From assembly GCA_013416795.1 (NCBI GenBank), contig RQSC01000020.1:94077-141520 (forward strand): 47,444 nt of DNA. The letters run 5' to 3'. Numbering within the stretch: the first letter of the stretch is position 1; every line of letters begins with the position of its first letter. Made by a program: the position numbers and the translations under genes. A model generated the notes under the pieces. The model was not told where the DNA came from. It saw only the letters and a program-made list of their open reading frames with translations, and did not search any database. This document shows positions 41,793 to 47,444 of this stretch, one piece after another. Source of the stretch: Prasinococcaceae sp. CCMP 1430. Lineage: Eukaryota; Plantae; Prasinodermophyta.

Positions 41793-42905
41793 TTGACTTT
41801 CCCCAAAATCGTTGCGAGCGCTGCTCTACTACAAAGTTGGTGCTACCATCCACCGCCCGCGGTATGGCCTCTTCCACATCATCTTCTTCCCCTGTGCAGG
41901 CTGTGCTCGAAGCGTCTCGGACGTCACTATTTCCCGCGCGTCGCAACCAGCCTCGGCACCCCCACTCCCAGCGTTGCCACAGCCACGCGCGGCATCGTAG
42001 CATCGTCGCGTGTAGCCATTCTGTGATCCCTCCCTCGCCAGCCTTGCGGCTGTAGATATTCCAAACAATGACTAGGTACACAAAGCGCACCACCATACTG
42101 CCTCGAGCACGCGTCCGACAGTGGTTTGGCGGGCAATAGGTGCTGCCAAAGCTGCTGGCGCCACTGAAGTCGCCCAGCGAAGCGCTGACGCTGCCGCCCC
42201 GCACCGACGGACACGGCAGCGCCGACACACGGGCCGCGCCGCGCCACGCTTATTTCACTGCGCTGCGGGCGTGCACGAGTTCTCTCGCTCAGCCGTGCGC
42301 GCGCGCGGGAGAGAGAGAGAGCCCACGCCGCGCACGTGCTGTGTGCGCTGTGTGGCCCGCAGGCTCTGACGTCAGTCGCTCACTGCTGCTTCGTGCCATT
42401 TGGTTGTCAAATTTGCGTGAATATTCCAGTGGCGCAGCGCCGAGCACTGACGTGAACGGAGTCCTCATTAGCCACTGCACCTCGCATACGCGACACCATC
42501 TCGCACCTACTAACACATCTCCTTCTGGAGTTGATTCGTGCAAGGTCCCTCTCGACTCTCCCTCTCGGCTGCGCTCCGTTGGAAGCCCTTATGGAGCGGA
42601 CAGTGACGCCAAGCTGCTGCCGGCCAAACCTCAGCTTAGCTTTGCGCAGTGGCCATGCAGAGAGTACGTACGCCGGCGGCGGCGCGCGGCTAAGAAGCAC
42701 AGGGCGCGACACATGACACGGCATAAATGAGCACTATTAGCCTTAGCAGTGACCGCTTGCTACATTTGCAATTTGCACTGGTGGCGACGACCGAGTGCCT
42801 CGGCACCCGCACGCTTGCGACTGGTTGAGCGTCGCGTCTCGTCGCATTGAAGGCGACACGAGTGAGAGCGAGCACCCGCCACGACACGAATAGTAGCCGG
42901 ATGCC

Positions 42906-43827
42906 TCACGTGACGCACGCGAAGCCCCGGCACACGGCCAGGAAGATGACGAATCCGAGTAAAATCAGCAGGCCGAAGACGAGCAGCTTCATGCGCAGGT
43001 TTTGGCAGCACATAGCGCGGCGCAGCTTCTTGCCCTGCAGGCGGAAGGTCTCCGCGCTGTCTTTCATCTGGTCGCTCTTGAGCAGCACGTCGTCGAGGCG
43101 CTCGCCGCGGGCGAGCACCTTGTCGATGTTATCAACCATTGTCTCCTTCACCTCCTCGACCTGACTGCGCACCGCGTCCACCTTTGACATGCCCGCGTCC
43201 AGCTTGCGGTTGTTCGCGTCCGTGATGCGGCCGAGCTCCGCAGCGAAGGCCACCGCCTCCGAGGGCGCCGCGCTCGCGCTGTGGCGCTGAAAGTATGCCT
43301 CAGACGCGTCCTGCAGCAGCGATCGCACCGTCGCGGGCCGCGCGCCCCCTACTGCGAGCGCGCCGAAGCACACTCCGCTGCGCACGCGCGCGTATGCGCG
43401 GCGCCCGTGCCCGACGTCAAAGTCGTAGGATCCGTCCTCGCGCAGGCGCTGCCGGACCTGCGCCGCTGTCTTGGCGAGCGACGGTCCGGGTGGGGCGTAC
43501 GATTCGCTGCCGCTGCCACCCGCCGGCATGTACTCACACTGCGCGCAACACATTGATCACGCAGATCCGCGGTCAGTCGCACGCGCGCCATGTTTGATTG
43601 GCTGGCACACACATAATTTTCGCGCGCAGCAGAGCATCTTCTTTCCTGTCGCGGCGCACACGTACCAGGCCCGTCGCCCCGCGCCCTATGAAGGCGTAGG
43701 CCACGCGGGACCGCTGTGATGCCTCCGGGCCGCGCCCCGCGGAGAAGCCGCCCCCGCCCTTATCCCCGCGCGACCCATTGGCGGCCTTGCCCCAGATGCT
43801 GTCGCCGCCGCCTCCTCCGAACGACAT
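42906..43827 (-). CDS. VAMP7: VAMP7-like longin R-SNARE, 2 exons (43666-43827; 42906-43538)
   Basis: Exon 1 RVAYAFIGRGATGL splices (GTACGT...CTGAC...GCAG, 43539-43665) to CEY, giving a longin start. Then SKVDAVRSQVEEVKETMVDNIDKVLARGERLDDV (R-layer) and a C-terminal TM. Confidence 0.93.
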
Positions 43828-44443
43828 CGCCCCCGGACAAAGGCCGCGCGCCGTCGTCGGCGGCGGCGATCGGCCCGACCCAAGCTCGCCCGCCCGCGCG
43901 GAGGCAGACCCGCTGCTACACGACGCTCACGCCACCCCCCCACGCAGTCGCGCGCGTGTATGCGAAGGGGGAGGGTGGTTGGCTCACGCGCCGCTGTATA
44001 GCGCAGCGCGTGCTCTCTCTGGCGCTTCCGCGTGCACATGTGCGCGCGCGCCGAAAAAAAAAAGGGGCGCACTGAGCGCGCGCGCACACGCAGGCAGGCG
44101 GTGCCCCGAAAACACCCTCCTGCCGGTGGGGGTGGGGCGGGGGTGCGAGCGTGTGCAGCGCTGCGGGCCGGGCGCGCGTATGCGCGCGGGCGCGGGCTGT
44201 GCAGGGCGCGATCGCCGCCGACGACGGTGCGGCGCGCGAGGCGCTGGTCGCGTGGGCGGCTGCGCAGGCCCTGTCGAGATGCGGGTTACGCCAGCTGTTT
44301 TGCGGCAAGTGGCCCTCTCTCCCAGGCGGCTCTAGCTCTAGCTTTAGAGTAGCAACTTTGAGCGCCCGCCCCGCTCGAGGCGACCCCTTCGGATGCACAC
44401 CCCGCGACGGTGCGGGAGGGCGTCTCCTGTCGCGAGCTCGTCA

Positions 44444-44956
44444 TCATGCGGCGGCGACCTTCTGGGTCAGCTGCAGGAGGTTGCCGCACGTGTCGTCGAT
44501 GTGCGCGATGATGACGGGCCCGGCCTTGACTGGCCCCACCTTGATGGTCACGTCTCGGGCCTTGAGGAACGCCAGGGTTTTGTCCATATCGCCGACCATG
44601 AAGGTCGCGCACGGGATGCCATCTGCGTAGAGCGCCTTCTGGTAGACCTGCGCGGCGGGCAGGGCGTTGGGCTCGAGCAGCAGCTCCACGCCTTGCACGC
44701 CGTCCGGCGAGCCCACCGTCAGCCAGCGGTGCTTGCCGACGATGGGATCGTCGCTGATCACGTGGAAGCCCAGCTTCTCCGTGTAGAAGGTCTTGGCCTT
44801 CACCTGGTCGTCGACTGGGACGCTGGCGTACTGGATGCGGATCCCGGACGAAGTCCCGGTGGCATAGAGCGGCCGGCGGGTGGGTGCCCGGCCGCCCGCC
44901 GCAGGACCTGCGCCCAGCGGCGAGTCCCCTTGCGAGGGGGCGTCCGGCTCGGCCAT
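44444..44956 (-). CDS. VOC / glyoxalase-bleomycin-resistance family protein, bacterial type, intronless
   Basis: IRIQYASVPVDDQVKAKTFYTEKLGF...RWLTVGSP...VELLLEP...GIPCATFMVGD...DDTCGNLLQL. ATG at 44956. Confidence 0.9.
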   Translation of the reverse strand: MAEPDAPSQGDSPLGAGPAAGGRAPTRRPLYATGTSSGIRIQYASVPVDDQVKAKTFYTEKLGFHVISDDPIVGKHRWLTVGSPDGVQGVELLLEPNALPAAQVYQKALYADGIPCATFMVGDMDKTLAFLKARDVTIKVGPVKAGPVIIAHIDDTCGNLLQLTQKVAAA

Positions 44957-45112
44957 GTGCCGACGGCTAGCCCTACAGGCACGATGGAAGGGCCCGTACG
45001 CGTGCAAAAGCGGACCTCGACGGGAAAGCGGGAGGGAAAGCGGAGCGGAGGGGAGGAGGGGGAGGAAGGGGTACAGAGGTCGCAGGCGCTCGCGCGCAAG
45101 CTCGTGCGCGCG

Positions 45113-45591
45113 CGCGCGCGCGCGCCGGGCGGCCGCCTCCCGGTGTGCGCGCGGCGCGTGGGCCGGGGCGGAGGGGGTAGGGAGGGGGGAAGGGTGTACG
45201 GGAGTGTGAGCGACGAGGGCGAGGGCGGCGGCGGCGGTGGTGGCGGTGGGTGAAGGCACTCGTACGCGCGCGCGGCGGGGGCGTGTGGCGTGTGCGGACC
45301 GCTGAACTTATCTTCTCGGCCCACCGCCGAGCTCGGCCCACCGCCACGTGGCATTCACCCACGGGAGAGTATTTTCCAGGTCAAAACACAGACTCGTGCG
45401 CGCTGGACGGGTCGATTGGTTTTAGAGGTACTGTTTAGCTGCAAGGTTAGACATAAACCCTATATGTCAAACCTAAAAGTGCGCGCAGACCCAGCGGTCG
45501 TCTGCCAGCGCGGGCGAGCGGCGCCCCGCCGTCCGGCGGGCCGTGGCCGCCGTGCAAGCGGCGTTATCGCGGCGCGAGGGCGGCGCGCGCG
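45113..45591. repeat. Copy 1 of a 479-bp direct duplication (promoter/5'UTR-like)
   Basis: Identical by eye to 46966-47444 (offset 1853). Begins in a (CG)n tract and ends at an N gap. Confidence 0.95.
45315..45462 (-). promoter_or_regulatory. Promoter module: telo-box, G-box and two site-II-like motifs (also present at +1853)
   Basis: AAACCCTA at 45455-62; palindrome GCCACGTGGC at 45343-52; CTCGGCCCACCGCC (contains GGCCCA) at 45315-28 and 45332-45. Confidence 0.5.
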
Positions 45592-45728
45592 NNNNNNNNN
45601 NNNNNNNNNNNNNNNNNNNNNNNNNNNNNNNNNNNNNNNNNNNNNNNNNNNNNNNNNNNNNNNNNNNNNNNNNNNNNNNNNNNNNNNNNNNNNNNNNNNN
45701 NNNNNNNNNNNNNNNNNNNNNNNNNNNN

Positions 45729-46900
45729 GCGGTCGGCGGCGCTGTCCTCGGGCGCGCGCGCGCGGAAGCCGGCCAGCGCGTCGACGGCCTCCGCGGGCCA
45801 CAGGCGCGCCCGCGCCTCGTCCTGGGTGAAGATCACGCACGGCGCGTCGGAGCCCCCCGTGCCAATCAGCCCCGCGTCGTCGCACGGGAGGAAATCGCCG
45901 GTCTCGAAGTCCTCGCATCGCATGTCCGTGGTGGCGCCCTCGATCGCCACCAGCGCCTGCGCATACTTGTTCACCTGCGCGTACACCGGATTCGTCGGCG
46001 TCGCGGGCGGCGGCTGCTGCGTCTTCTCACAGAGCGCCGCCCACTCGCCCTCTGCGCCCGCGCCATCGCCCGAGGCGAACAGCGCGGCGGTGAGGGCGGC
46101 TCGCGCCTCCCAAAACTGCGGCTGGCCGTCGGGAGAGGGCCCTTTGTCCACCTCGTCGAGCAACTGTGCCGCGCGCGCAGGCCCTTCCTCCTTCCACGCC
46201 GCCAGCGCCGCGTGCAGCGCCGCGCGCTGTCCCATGGTCGGCGGCCCGCCGCGCAGCCCGGAGAACGGCGCAATGTCGGGCACGTCCGCGCCGAAGGCGT
46301 TCGCCAGCGACACGGCGCCGAGGGCCGCGCCGAAATCCGCTCGAGCCTCAGGCGCGCGATCCTGCAGCAGCCTCGCCAGCCCTCTCCCGTCGTAGAGGAC
46401 GGCCCTCAGAACGCCATCCGCACGCTCGTCACCGGAACCCGAGCCGGGCCCCGCCGCGATCGCCGCGGAGAGGTCCTCCTCGGCGTCTCCCCACCTGCCG
46501 AGCGACAGCAGGCACAGGCCGCGGCCGCCGCGCGCGACCGCCGAGCCCGCGCCACTCGCTGCTTCGAGGTCGACAGCGTCGTCCCACAGCATGAGCGCGA
46601 ACTCAGGGTCGGGCTCGCGCTGCGCGAGGCGGATCGTGCGCGACAGGTCCGAATCGGGCGGCGCCTCGGCCGCGCGGGCGGCGAGACGCGTGCTGCCTGG
46701 TAGCGCCATCGTGGCCGCCGCGGCAGCTGCACGCAGCAGCGCCGCCCGCCGCGTGCCGCCCGCCGTTGCGCGCTGCGGCTCGCGGCCGACGCTCGATTGG
46801 GACGCGCGGACGGTCTGTGTGGCGCAGCCTCGCTGCGCGGAGGTGCACGCGTGGCATCTTTCGCCCTCGCTCTCACCCGTGCGATCGGCGCGGCGACCCA
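45729..46900 (-). CDS. Plastid TPR protein of a cyanobacterial-type family with a twin-arginine-like signal; both ends unresolved
   Basis: TRRAALLRAAAAAATMALPGSTRLAARA signal, TPR helices (RGLCLLSLGRWGDAEEDLSAAIA), and FWEARAALTAALFASGDGAGAEGEW...RLWPAEAVDALAGF. Frame enters the N gap at 45728. Confidence 0.8.
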
Positions 46901-46965
46901 CCCCGGGTCGACCGCCTCCTCGCGCCGCCGCCCGCCCGGTGCGCCGCCCGCCCGCACCGCCCGTA

Positions 46966-47444
46966 CGCGCGCGCGCGCCGGGCGGCCGCCTCCCGGTGTG
47001 CGCGCGGCGCGTGGGCCGGGGCGGAGGGGGTAGGGAGGGGGGAAGGGTGTACGGGAGTGTGAGCGACGAGGGCGAGGGCGGCGGCGGCGGTGGTGGCGGT
47101 GGGTGAAGGCACTCGTACGCGCGCGCGGCGGGGGCGTGTGGCGTGTGCGGACCGCTGAACTTATCTTCTCGGCCCACCGCCGAGCTCGGCCCACCGCCAC
47201 GTGGCATTCACCCACGGGAGAGTATTTTCCAGGTCAAAACACAGACTCGTGCGCGCTGGACGGGTCGATTGGTTTTAGAGGTACTGTTTAGCTGCAAGGT
47301 TAGACATAAACCCTATATGTCAAACCTAAAAGTGCGCGCAGACCCAGCGGTCGTCTGCCAGCGCGGGCGAGCGGCGCCCCGCCGTCCGGCGGGCCGTGGC
47401 CGCCGTGCAAGCGGCGTTATCGCGGCGCGAGGGCGGCGCGCGCG
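46966..47444. repeat. Copy 2 of the 479-bp duplication
   Basis: Identical by eye to 45113-45591; ends at the last base of the window. Confidence 0.95.

Noticed and set aside
43778-44400. Possible small spliced plus-strand gene (MAALPQMLSPPP... / GAIAADDGAAREAL...)
   Set aside because: The first part is antisense to VAMP7 exon 1, and neither segment has homology or a convincing terminal exon.
45308-45345. U2 snRNA-like TTCTCGGCC and a CRISPR-like pair of 14-bp repeats
   Set aside because: The U2 continuation (GGCTAAGATCA, GTGTAGTA) is absent. There are only two repeats 3 nt apart, no spacers and no cas genes.
3909-47207. Numerous long Arg/Ala/Pro-rich ORFs antisense or off-frame to real genes (e.g. 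3909-6053, 12369-13775, 25943-27058, 36236-37807)
   Set aside because: Shadow ORFs expected at this GC content; they have no domain motifs and overlap well-supported genes.

Overview
GC-rich eukaryotic nuclear DNA from a green alga. The gene content is plant-like (root-type FNR, PYG7, VARICOSE, MAP3K-epsilon, AAE17/18) plus flagellar genes, so a prasinophyte-grade alga is my inference. About 27 densely packed genes or gene fragments carry short GT-AG introns (donors GTGCG/GTACG/GTGAG/GTGTG, branch motif NCTGAC). Six N gaps lie at 1680-1699, 3559-3581, 6800-7203, 20677-21245, 29017-29440 and 45592-45728. I found no rRNA, tRNA, CRISPR array or autonomous transposon. The standout is a single open frame fusing a LysM domain and a transmembrane helix to a ferredoxin-NADP+ reductase (about 1700-2990, minus strand). 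Other leads: a four-exon Sfi1-like gene absent from the ORF track, a compact stem-loop element upstream of an acyl-activating enzyme, an orphan seipin exon, a bacterial-type VOC gene behind a duplicated 479-bp promoter block, a TM+LRR gene with perfect 84-bp repeats, and 13 consecutive genes alternating strand. Several 5' ends look damaged at (CG)n or other simple repeats, so assembly artefact must be considered throughout. All family assignments come from motif recognition and recall, not from database searches.
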